Source of the DNA: Coniocarpon cinnabarinum
Taxonomy: Eukaryota
Assembly (NCBI GenBank): GCA_051942205.1
Contig: JAVECO010000019.1
Span: 1-64,000, forward strand
Direction: 5' to 3'
DNA length: 64,000 nucleotides
Shown here: in pieces, positions 36,302 through 46,660 of the stretch
Layout: every line of letters begins with the position of its first letter
How positions within the stretch are numbered: the first letter of the stretch is position 1
Program-made: the position numbers and the translations under genes
The notes under the pieces: model-generated
Databases searched by the model: none
What the model was told of the DNA's origin: nothing
Seen by the model: the letters and a program-made list of their open reading frames with translations, nothing else

Positions 36302-37298
36302 CTAACTATCTCCTCCGCTGCTCGTCTCATGTTCGCTATCCTCGCTCGACTGCCTTGTGCCGCTTCCCTCGGCCTGACCCGGCGTCCTCGTTACTGAGAA
36401 GCCCGATGATTCCCCACTCTTTTTCGATTGCGGTTTTCTTTTCATGAGACCGGTGATACCCTTGAGACTCGCGATACTCGCGATACTCCCGATGCTACTC
36501 TTAGCGCTCTTGATACTGCTGGCCCCGCTCTTGACACTACCTCCCGCGCCTTTCACCTTTCTCAGCATGCCACCGCCAATACCCCCGTCGCTGCTATCGG
36601 AGGACTCAATGGCCGGCGCGACTTTTTCAAGTTTTATTTGATCCTTGCCGGGGTGCCACGCAATGTAATGAGGGAAAGTCTGACCCTCGGTCTTGATTTG
36701 ACGTTTGCCAGCAGGGCCAGACCTGGATGCTTCAGACTCGTGTGATTCGGCTTTGAACCAGAGCCCACTGAAACCCTTAAAGTGGTGTCTTTTGAGATTT
36801 GACCTGTGATCGTTAGTACTCAGGTTTGGCAGCATCGTTGTGGGACCCTCAACCCGGGGCCGTCTTCGGTTTCCCAAAGTGCACTCACACGATCACAGCC
36901 CTGGCGAATCCTTTCGCTTTGTCCTCGTCGATCAATTTTGCCATTTGCAGTGGAAGCTCATGGTACGCACGCTCTACTATTTGCTCATTCGGGTGCCTCT
37001 GCATAGCATCTGCCAAGACGTCGGTAAAAAAGTTGTGTCCCGTATCTTTGTCCTTATACAACGGGACGGACTCTCCCTTGACGGTGAGATCCTTGAGCCT
37101 TTCAAAATGGTCCTTGTCATCGTAATTGGTCTGTGGTCGAACTTCCACATCAGATAGATCGGGGTTAGCGACTGTCAGCTCGTCCTTACTCGTAGGCACA
37201 TTGACAGTCTTATTACCCTTGATCCTTCGGCGCAGTTGCTCTTCTCCAGAAGGCGAGGAATCAGATACCTTTACTTCGTTTTGTAGTCTCGATGTCAT
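36302..37298 (-). CDS. Orphan array gene 8 (2 exons)
   Basis: ATG 37298 (MTSRLQNEV); intron 36804-36888 (gtgagt..tactaac..cacag) fuses ORFs 36885-37421 and 36302-36877 in frame (..GFARAVIV|SNLKRH..). Confidence 0.8.
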
Positions 37299-38258
37299 CT
37301 TTTTGTGGCCTAAGACTTGGTACAGACTTGTTGAACAATGGAGAGGTAGAGGGTAGGTACAGCTCCCACCAGAGTAATATGACCAAGAAAATATAGCAAA
37401 CAATCTATTTTTATAAAGCAAAACAAAGGTTCTGCATTGGCATTGCGGCCGAAGATCTCACGCTTTATGTAGGGTGTTGGTATGCATCGACGTGTCAAGA
37501 GTCCTCGATCCTGCAGGATCTAAAACATTAGAGAATCCTCGATGGGCTTTCGAACACGTCGCCACTATGGGCGCTGAGCATCGGCGTTATGCTGTGATGA
37601 GGCTTGCCCAGTGCTTAGTGCAAATGATGCACATCTCACAGGAGCCCATGCTTCAGGAGCTTAGCATCAGGGGCGCAGAAGACAGCCAATCCAGCCAATC
37701 TACTTTGGTTCAGAAGATGCACAGTTGTGTCTCGCCTGTTTTCATGCCCAGGAAGCCATCAGCTGCACATGATGGGGCGATTTCTTGTTTGAGCCAGAAT
37801 CTTTGTTCCGTTGTTTACACAGTACGCTCAATGGCTTGGTTCTTGATGTCTTTCCTTGTAGGAGTCCATTAGCTTGCTAGCTGGCTTGCCGCTCTTATCA
37901 ATTATTTTCAGTTTATTCGTAGACTCTCAAAGCCGGCAAAAAGACTATAGGTAACAGCATCGGCCAAAGCGTAGGTAAGTTGACTGGCAATACTGTGCGG
38001 ATGTATGCGGGTGAACATGAGCACGACGCCAAGTGTAGTGAAAAATTGTCTTACCCTGCCCGACTACGAAAAATATGTCACGTGATTACTCAATTGACGA
38101 TGCCAATGATCCTATATTATGGCAACCCTGGGATGCGCTGAAAACTCCTCCTTCACCTCACCTCTTGGGTCGTTACCTTACTTATCAACAAATTGGGAGC
38201 TAGTAGTTTACCGCTTCAGATGCAGTTCTGGCGGCTGCTCACAGCATTTCCTCGAACA

Positions 38259-39278
38259 CTACCGTTCTCGCTCGCTTTCCGCACTCGAACGTGGCTCGTT
38301 ACTCGGCCGTCCTGCGCTACTGGCAGCGTGCGGATCTTTCGTGTACTTTTTCGTTGCAGAGAAACCGCCTCCACCCAGTCCCTCCCTCTCCTTGGCCATG
38401 ATCTCATCGTCGGTGAGTTCCTTCTTCCCCTTGTCCTTTTTCCTCTGGCTTCCGAAACTCTTGAGACTCCGCGGTATGCTCTTGATACTGCTCGCTGCGC
38501 TGCCCGCTTTGCTCGCCGTCCGCGCAGGAAGATTCATGAACCCTTCTTTGGCGTTCTTGGCCCTCTTGAGATACTCCGGCTGGTTGTCGCTGTCGGAATC
38601 GCTTTCGCCGCTGATTTTGTCCATGGTATCTTGGTCTTCGCCGTCATGCAGCGCGACGTACTGGATGAAAGGACCCTCTTCGCTGACGAGCTGACGCCCG
38701 GAACCTGCCATGGTGACAGGCGCCCCAGCCCTATACATGTCGACTCGAAAGTGAAATGGTTTTTGGTCGACGTTGGTCTTCCACTCCGACCTGTGACCAT
38801 TAGTCGGAAATCTGTGATCATGTCTCCGCACTCACACGATTACAGCTCTCGCGAACCCATGCGCTTTCCCGTTGACGACAAACTCTTCCATCTTTCGGGG
38901 AATGACCGCTCGTGCACGGGCTTCCATGTCCTTATTGGGATTGTGTGCTCTTAGTCTTAACCAAAATTTGGTTATGAAATGGTCATCGTCCATGTATGCC
39001 TTGTTCACCCTATATAGCGGAATGGACTGTCCTCTGAAGTCAAGGTCCTGCTTGTAGCGGGTGAACTCCTTGGGATCGTCGAAATTGATTTTTCGATCAA
39101 AGTGGCCCGCCTCATCAGAATACTGGGGCTCGTCGGGGTTCGTCACTGTCAATTTGCTCTTGGTCGTTTGTACATTCAAAGTGCCCCCAGTCTGAACCCT
39201 ACGGCGCAGGATTTCATCGCCGGAAGCGTCTGAATCAGAATTCGGGTTCACTTGCTGCTTTAGATTCGAGGAGGTCAT
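38259..39278 (-). CDS. Orphan array gene 9 (2 exons), paralog of gene 8
   Basis: Intron 38791-38835 at the same GFARAVIV| position. Shares SG.E.LRRR, T.NV.T.K..LTV.NPD, G.S.PLY, KA.GFARAVIVS and ASSIKS with gene 8. Confidence 0.8.
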
Positions 39279-40637
39279 TTTGATATCCTAGAGGGCGGTG
39301 CGTCACACTTTCTCCCTTTAATGCGTCTGTCAAACTTTTCTCCCACACCAGGGCATAGTTTATAAATGAGAGCTCAACGCACAAGAGCACGATTCTCGAA
39401 ATCGACATGTGGCCACATCGCACAATTCGAGATTGCTACTACATCATGGGCGAGACATTAGGCGAAATACACGTCACCGATACACAATTGAGAATGCCTA
39501 CGCCATGTGAGATCACCCCGGTTGAGGGCACGCCAAACCTCATACACGCGGGCTCACGTTTCAGTCGCGCTGTATTACGGGTTGGACAGCGTCGCGAACA
39601 GTTCAGTGGATCCAACTCAAGCCCTGCGATTGGGACCGTCGACAGGTAATGATAGGTGGCCTATGATGCAGGAGGCGAGGCACACTCATCAGCAGGAGTG
39701 CAGTCACCATCTTCGTCAATGAGCTCTAACGTGCTAGGTGGGTCCGTGGACGTAATCACGCGCATGCGCTTGTGATTGGAGTCGTTCAGTTGGTAGCACG
39801 GGAGAGTAAGCTGCACCTTGGAGTTGGTAGAGTCAGCTAAGATATTAGATTGGCGATGCCACAATGCTTACATGACGGGCACGTGCGAGCTGATGTCATG
39901 TGACTACTTACGTATGTATATACATGTAGACTAAAAGAGGCCCAGTATCTCGCTACGTGTCACACACTCATCGGCAAGATCCGCTAATGCCTTTGCTACA
40001 TTCTTGTCCACCGTGGCTCTTTCTAACGAACGTGAACACATATGTAGTCATTTACATCGCTGCTGCTTGTTCCAATCTGTCATCGCTGACGCCAGTACGA
40101 TGCTGACATCTCCGGCTTTACCAACCGTCATTCTGTAGCTCCTCGTTCTGCCCATTCCTCCGACAACGCTGCCTGGCTGGCATGCCATCTTTCTGTACGC
40201 GTAACCCAGTTTGGCTCATATAATTCTGAGTCCCATTTCTCGCGAGAATCTCGCTACGCCATGACGACCAAAAGGTGGAGAGGAATCCTGTCGATCCCAG
40301 TATGACATGTAAAGAACGGAAAGCAACAACCGGAAAAGCAGCGCGATGGAGGAAGAGCTTCAGTATATCTATCGGGTAATTCATGTGTGTCGTCCAGTAG
40401 CGCGCTCAAGTATACTCGAGCGGGTAAGGCCCTCAGCAAGCGGCAGACGCGAAAGAAAGAAAAGGCATATAGACCGCCAGCCTTGCAGAGGGCAAGCAGT
40501 CGTTCGATCATGTCAACACGACCACCAGAGTTCAATCAGTATCCGACTTAGTGAGGGGTGGAGACATAACAGTTGCTTCTGAGCCACCAATAAATGAATT
40601 CGCTATTACAGCTCGGACTCTCATACTGTGCATTGCT

Positions 40638-42311
40638 TCACGTTCTTTGTCCCACAATCATGTCAGCAGCCTGCTCTGCAATAGCATATAAGCAGGCTTG
40701 AGGCCAGCCTGTTGTAGGGTTGGGCAAAATGCTTGCATCAACAACTCGAAGGCCATGTACACCCAGAACCCTGCATTCTGAATCAACCACTTCACCCATT
40801 GCACAAGTACCCGAAGCATGCTTGAAATTGACCGCGGTGCGACTGATCCGATCATTGAGCTCCGCATCTGTAGAATCCGGTGTTAGAGGTACAAGTCCCG
40901 GTGGTGAGACCTCTTCTTGCACAGTGTCTTGGCCAGACTGGGTTTGCAACATGATCTTCATTGCTTTCCGCATTCCAAATCGAAGGCGGGCTTTGTCTGC
41001 TTCTGTTGCGAGATGATTCGGATTGATCACAGGCGAATGTTGAGGATCAGTAGAGCGAAGGGTCACCGTTCCGCGGGATGTGGGGAATACATTCATTGTT
41101 GAGGTCGCGATGTATGTTCCGTTCATTGGCAACTGCAAACCGACATGATCTGCTCCTGCGGGCACATACGCCACAATCGTGTTCAGATGCACACGTTCCA
41201 CGTCCTCCAACAATGGATGAGTCTCGAGTGGAAACCTGTCAATGTCTTGGTCCATACGTAGATACTCTTTCAGGTCGTCATGAGGCATATTGTCGCTGAA
41301 TATCCAGTCTCCTGGCATACCTTTCATCAATGCAGGCTGATCCTGCCAAGATGGATGTCCTACAGCAAGTCCACGTTCCGGATGCTTCAAACGCCACCAC
41401 TGCCAAACGGACATGTGGTCGAACAGATTTTTTCCGACTGGGAGGTGAGACACAACTTCTATTCCATGGGCTGCCAAATCTTCTGAGAGACCAATACCAG
41501 ACAGCATGAGCAACTGAGGAGAACGATACGTCCCCGAGCTCAATATGATGTCTTTAGAGGCAGAGATCACTCTACCGTCAACTAACTTGATGCCTGTAGC
41601 ACGTGGTTGACTGTCTCCTGTCTTTGGGGCACTGGTTATGACCTTGTGTACCAGTGTCTCTGTTATAATGTCTACACCATCAAGGTCATACGCGATGTTG
41701 GACGATTGCCTGTTGCCGTCTTTCCAGTTTTCGACCATTTCCCACAAACCCAAGTGGGTACTGCCATCGTCAATGACAAACGAGGCGCCCTGCTCGAAGA
41801 AGGCCCTCTTCATAGCTTCTCTTAGCGGATATTTCCGCTGAGGGTCGCTCGCCGACACGCTATACACATAATGAGGCCCGTTGTATCCGTGAGCCGCTTT
41901 ATTGTTCTGGTCGAAGTAGTGTTCGGATCTTTTAAAGTAGGGAAGAAGTCCACTGTAGCTCCATCTCTCGTCGTTGACTGTTCTTGCCCATAGGTCATAT
42001 CCGGCAGCATCTCCTCTACTCCAGCCGCCATAGTTCAAGATACTTCCCCCACCTAGGACACGACCGTTTATCTCTCGGACGACCCTGTTATATAGGCCTT
42101 TTTGAGGTTCGGTCTTGTAGGACCAGTCCAAATCGCTTTGCTCTAACATGAAGGCTCCTGGAGGCGACTTGGTTAAAGGATTAGAGGACGCGTCGGGCCC
42201 GGCCTCGATGATGGCCACTTGGGCTGACGGATCAACGCTCTTCAATTTCGAAGCAAGTGCACATCCTGTAAGCCCACCACCGACAACGATATAGTCATAC
42301 CAACTTCGCAT
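40638..42311 (-). CDS. GMC (glucose-methanol-choline) oxidoreductase, intracellular, intronless
   Basis: YDYIVVGGGLTG, GRVLGGGSILN, SPQLLMLSGIG, VGKNLFDH, HASGTCAMG and LRVVDASILP; no signal peptide. Confidence 0.93.
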   Translation of the reverse strand: MRSWYDYIVVGGGLTGCALASKLKSVDPSAQVAIIEAGPDASSNPLTKSPPGAFMLEQSDLDWSYKTEPQKGLYNRVVREINGRVLGGGSILNYGGWSRGDAAGYDLWARTVNDERWSYSGLLPYFKRSEHYFDQNNKAAHGYNGPHYVYSVSASDPQRKYPLREAMKRAFFEQGASFVIDDGSTHLGLWEMVENWKDGNRQSSNIAYDLDGVDIITETLVHKVITSAPKTGDSQPRATGIKLVDGRVISASKDIILSSGTYRSPQLLMLSGIGLSEDLAAHGIEVVSHLPVGKNLFDHMSVWQWWRLKHPERGLAVGHPSWQDQPALMKGMPGDWIFSDNMPHDDLKEYLRMDQDIDRFPLETHPLLEDVERVHLNTIVAYVPAGADHVGLQLPMNGTYIATSTMNVFPTSRGTVTLRSTDPQHSPVINPNHLATEADKARLRFGMRKAMKIMLQTQSGQDTVQEEVSPPGLVPLTPDSTDAELNDRISRTAVNFKHASGTCAMGEVVDSECRVLGVHGLRVVDASILPNPTTGWPQACLYAIAEQAADMIVGQRT

Positions 42312-43229
42312 TTTCGGTTTGCTCTTTTCAAGAAGGATAACAAGTGCAGACCGTTTGACTGATTTGAAAACGGGCAAAGGGAGGTCGTCCGTGCTTAAAG
42401 CTCTTCGAGATTATGTCGCTCTTTAGATCAATGCAGCATTTGTTCGCGCAGTCTGATCCTTCTGTGGTTTCAGCGCGCGTCTGTCTTCTTCTGTTCCAGC
42501 GCGCGTCTGTCTTCTTCTTCTTCTCCTTGTTCATCTTAGCATGGAGCGTCCTACCCTTTATAGTGCTTATTGCCATCAAATCTAAGGCTTGCAATTGCTT
42601 TGGGGAGCTAAAGATGCCTTCGCAAGCACGGCGTTGCCGTTGCAGCTACAATTACCCCGCGCTCGTGCATACTTATCTCAGCTACAAGAGGACCACATGC
42701 TTCTCCTTGTTCTTGCGAATGCTGATCACATACGCCGCATTTTTGCAGACTTCGGCAATTCATCGCATGAATGCAGATAAGAATTTTGTTTCTCCTATCA
42801 GCTGACTACTTGCATCTGCCTACATGGCATTCACCATGGACGCCTAAACGATTGGCAAATCTCAGTCTTTCGGACCAAGGTCTCAGGCGGTGCTTGTGGC
42901 GCTGCCGTGACGGTTGTGCCGGTAGCCACATGCGTACAGATATGTGCTGATTTGTCGTTAGACTCTCCAACACTCCCCGGGTAGCAAAGCTGATCACTTT
43001 CCCCCATTCTTCTAGGTGATCGCTCCTGGGAACCTCTTCATATCTGGCTAAGCCTCATATCTATCCTGCAACGTAGGTGTTACGCTAGTATAGGTTTCTC
43101 TCCGGTGGTCTCGGCCGGAAAAATCTTTTCGCCCGAAAGATCTCAAACGTTCTCAATCACGAAGCTGTGACGAGCTTCCAACATCTGTCCTTTGACTTAG
43201 TCCCCTGCTTTGTCAACGCAGCTTTGGTC

Positions 43230-44297
43230 ATGTCTTACTCTTCCACCCCGGAATTGCCATCCTCGGACGCGCCCCCGCCTCCGCCGCCCAAAACCCGCAC
43301 CGACCTCCCCCAAGCCGTTCAGCCAACCGCAACACCTCCAACGCCTTCATACCAACCGCATCTTCCCCAGCAGCAAGCTCTATACAGCCATGGACCATCA
43401 TCGTCACAGCAATACTTTACTCAAGATCAGACTGGACCTCCGCGCCCGCCTTCTCATCCAGCAATCACCTACGCCGAGTCCAACCCCGCATCCCCGCCTC
43501 AAGTCTACGAAGCCCGCACGTCTACGCCCGCAGAGTTAGGAAGCGACGACGCGTCCAGCGCTGCTGCTTTGTATGCGGCGGGAAGACGACAAGGGTCAAT
43601 GGACCACGAACTCGCTACCAATTTACCTCCCACGTATCAAAATGCAACGCCCCAGCCTTCCACCCACCCATCGCATCCGCAGCAGCCTCGTCCACAGCCA
43701 CCACCTCCAAATCAAGTCCAACCCTCATCAGATCCAACGGATACACAACACCCGCCGCCAATGCCGCCGCCGAATTGGTTACCAGACATTTTGACCACAA
43801 AATCTAAAACAGATCTAGAAGCCCTCCTCTCCGATTCCCACCTCTTGCAATCGCTCCTTCACCACCCCGCCCGTACCCCCGCAATCCTCCAATACTCCAC
43901 GCAATCCCTCCAAAACACCCTCTCCCGAACCTCAAACCTCGCAACCCAGACCAGCAAAACGGCGCACCACCTCAACACCGAGCGGTCCAAAGTACAAGCC
44001 CAGCTCTTGAGGACCAGAGGATTAGAGCAGACGTTCAGAACACGACAGAACGCGCATGAAGAGGCGATTGAGCGGTTTGGACCTCGAGCTTTGAATCGGC
44101 GTTTAGGCGCCGCCACGAAGGAGGGTCAGGACGACTTGAAGGCGGTAGTGGAGAGTTGGTTGGGGTTGGAGGGGGTGAGTTCCGAGAGGGAGGTTAGCGA
44201 GTGGTTGAAGGAGGTGAGGAAACGACGAGAGGTGCTTGAGTTGAGGCGAGAGCGGGCCTTACGGTGGGGCGAGGGACGGGTGAGTGGCTGGAGGTGA
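43230..44297 (+). CDS. VPS37: ESCRT-I subunit Vps37-like (Mod(r) domain) protein
   Basis: Pro/Gln-rich N-terminus, WLPDIL..KSK.DL..LL, coiled coil, and C-terminal RRER..RW.EGRV.GWR typical of Pezizomycotina Vps37. Confidence 0.7.
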   Translation: MSYSSTPELPSSDAPPPPPPKTRTDLPQAVQPTATPPTPSYQPHLPQQQALYSHGPSSSQQYFTQDQTGPPRPPSHPAITYAESNPASPPQVYEARTSTPAELGSDDASSAAALYAAGRRQGSMDHELATNLPPTYQNATPQPSTHPSHPQQPRPQPPPPNQVQPSSDPTDTQHPPPMPPPNWLPDILTTKSKTDLEALLSDSHLLQSLLHHPARTPAILQYSTQSLQNTLSRTSNLATQTSKTAHHLNTERSKVQAQLLRTRGLEQTFRTRQNAHEEAIERFGPRALNRRLGAATKEGQDDLKAVVESWLGLEGVSSEREVSEWLKEVRKRREVLELRRERALRWGEGRVSGWR

Positions 44298-44826
44298 AGT
44301 GGCGATCACAGTAGTAACGATGGTCCGCGTGACGCGGTTGCTGAGATCGCATTGCCGCGCATTTGCGAGTTCTATAGACAGGAGCTACATGTTGTCTTGG
44401 CAGGAAGAAAACTGCTCCATATTGCGACCGGCGATCAAGAGCTGAGCGCCGGCCCCTATGAAAAGGAGAGTGAAAAGAAGTCAAGAATGAAGAAATGGTG
44501 GACGCGTGTGACGAATACACAGTGTTGGCGGCGGTGCTACAGCACGAGACTTCCAGCATATGGACTCATGTTCTGACCAAATTCGCTTTCAGCTGTAGAG
44601 GAGCGAACGGTACAAACAAAATACACGCCATCTTCAGCGCAAGCTCATGTACCGCTCGATACGGTAACTAGGCAGCTGATCGGTGATGTCGTATCCCAAC
44701 TTGACAGTGCGCCCGTCTTCATGCTATGCACGGCAAGATCATCTCGTCCTGTATTAATGGTTCTCAGACGACCCTGCTGACATGGTTTGAGGCACGTAGA
44801 CGAAAGCGGAGCACAGAGAGTAAGCC

Positions 44827-45606
44827 ATGTCGGTCCAAGATGCGGAAAATGATGGAAACGAAATCCCGCACGGACACTCATACCGTGGCTTCTCGATACA
44901 AGGCTCCAATGCGAACGTTGGAGACACCTACCACAACTACTATCAGTTCCTGCGCCAGGGAGAGCCTCCCAACGCCTTAGACTCAGCAGGCAACGTTTCT
45001 CACAACGCTGGCTATTACCCAGCAGGTGCGCCGGACTTGACAAGACCAGAAGGAACTCAGGAGCTTCCTTCACATTCTCGACTTGAGACCAGCTCAATGG
45101 AAGATGAGGACAAATTTATACACATCCTGCGGATGATGAAATGCTTTTGGTTACTTTTCGACCTTTACAATTTCGTATTTTGGCACCTTTTACTCATTCA
45201 GAACGTCCGATCGAACCCTAAATTTCAGTTTGGGGGTTTACTGATTCTTGATCTAATTTTCGCAACAATGCTGCTTTTCGGCTATCGTGTCTACCCCGTC
45301 GCGCGTTTATGGAAGATAACAGTGCGACTATGTGCGCATATTGACAGCAATTATCAGCACATCTTGTTCTGGATACTTTACTCCATCTTTGAGACCTGCG
45401 GCACGCTGTGGCTCGATTTTGTTGATTTACCCTGGCGCTGGGACAAGTCTGATGTACACAGAGCAGCTCCATGGTTCTTTTGGCTCCATCCTGGTATTTG
45501 GTTGCTTTTTCCCTACGTGATCTGGGTCCAGGTGGCCGACAGAGTCCGATCATGGCTCGGTGGCGCGCGCCACCAGATCCAACAAGGGCAAGAACCAAAC
45601 CCATAA
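44827..45606 (+). CDS. Small multi-pass membrane protein with an N-terminal HET-s-like amyloid motif
   Basis: 259-aa ATG ORF; residues 16-39 GHSYRGFSIQGSNANVGDTYHNYY, a polar linker, then about four hydrophobic aromatic-rich segments. Confidence 0.7.
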   Translation: MSVQDAENDGNEIPHGHSYRGFSIQGSNANVGDTYHNYYQFLRQGEPPNALDSAGNVSHNAGYYPAGAPDLTRPEGTQELPSHSRLETSSMEDEDKFIHILRMMKCFWLLFDLYNFVFWHLLLIQNVRSNPKFQFGGLLILDLIFATMLLFGYRVYPVARLWKITVRLCAHIDSNYQHILFWILYSIFETCGTLWLDFVDLPWRWDKSDVHRAAPWFFWLHPGIWLLFPYVIWVQVADRVRSWLGGARHQIQQGQEPNP

Positions 45607-46439
45607 GCTAATGATCAACCATCCGAGCCAAATAATGACCGAATCATTGACCACACAGTACGGATACCTCACAAAAGTGAGAGTCGCAGGGAATGCACCG
45701 GCGTCGGCGAGCTCAAATGATCCCAGTACGCAACACGATACTTGATTTTGAAAGAGAGTGTGCGACACAATCTCGTATCCAGGAAATGAAGCAGAAGATT
45801 GTGTTCGAATGTGTTGAACGTGATTGCACGTGATGTATGAAGCCACGAAGGAAGAACGGATAGGAACTATACGGAGCAAGTAATGTATACGCCTTTCGGA
45901 ATACGCAATCACGCATTCATGATGGTTCGTTCTGCAACAGGAAATAGGCAACATGCCCCAATGGCACCGCCGACCCGGTCAGAACGAAGTATCCTTGGGG
46001 CAGGTCACAGAATTGGGTGCAGGCACAGGCCACGACTTCTGCACACCGCCCTTGCAAGGTCTTTGGGTAGGAAGATGTCAATAGAAAACTATCGTGACGC
46101 GATGGCGGAATGAGAAAGCTTTCTATCGCCCTAAGCTGCGCAGTCACGCACTCATCTCACCAGCACGCATGACATGTTCTTCACAAGCTTTGCGGACTAC
46201 CTTAACTACATCACTATCCGTGGCTCAAACGCAACAGGAGAGCCCTGAACTCAGCTCCCCGAAGACAAGAAATCATTCTCGACATGGAATATATCTTTGA
46301 GCCACATTCGTCAATATAACAAATATTCGGCGAAGCCGCCTAACCCACGGGCATACTTTGACAACCAAGACTCGTTTCTCGAGCTCCTACGAGAAGGGAG
46401 GTCTAGTGGATCGGACTGGCTTTTGTACATCACAGATCA

Positions 46440-46660
46440 GAAGCTCCACTTCAAGAAGGCGCTGAGGTGCTATGCAACTACGGATGAGCAGCAGTCAATC
46501 GATCTACAAACTATGGCGAACGAGAATATCAAGACTATGCGATACATAGCTTTGTGCATTCCTGGGGCGTGCTGCATCATGAATTAGGAGTGGGAGGCTA
46601 AATCTGCCAATCTTGCGCTCGAGTGTGTTATTGAGTAGTTGCCAGACAACAATGCGCAGA
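46440..46660 (+). pseudogene. Possible decayed HET domain (PF06985-like) remnant
   Basis: TAC ATA GCT TTG TG CAT TCC TGG GGC at 46543-46568 gives YIAL[S]HSWG with one base missing. Surrounding frames are full of stops and no WIDxxCI motif was found. Confidence 0.3.

Noticed and set aside
36877..36890. Apparent operon-like or readthrough ORF pairs (also at 38831/38832)
   Set aside because: The stop lies in a GTGAGT donor; canonical introns with branch sites restore a single frame.
38119..38954. 191-aa and 253-aa plus-strand ORFs
   Set aside because: Antisense shadows of gene 9, whose minus-strand frame is supported by paralogy and a shared intron.
18300..42400. Starship-type giant transposon as the origin of the island
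   Set aside because: No DUF3435 tyrosine recombinase captain or recognisable boundary repeats in the window.
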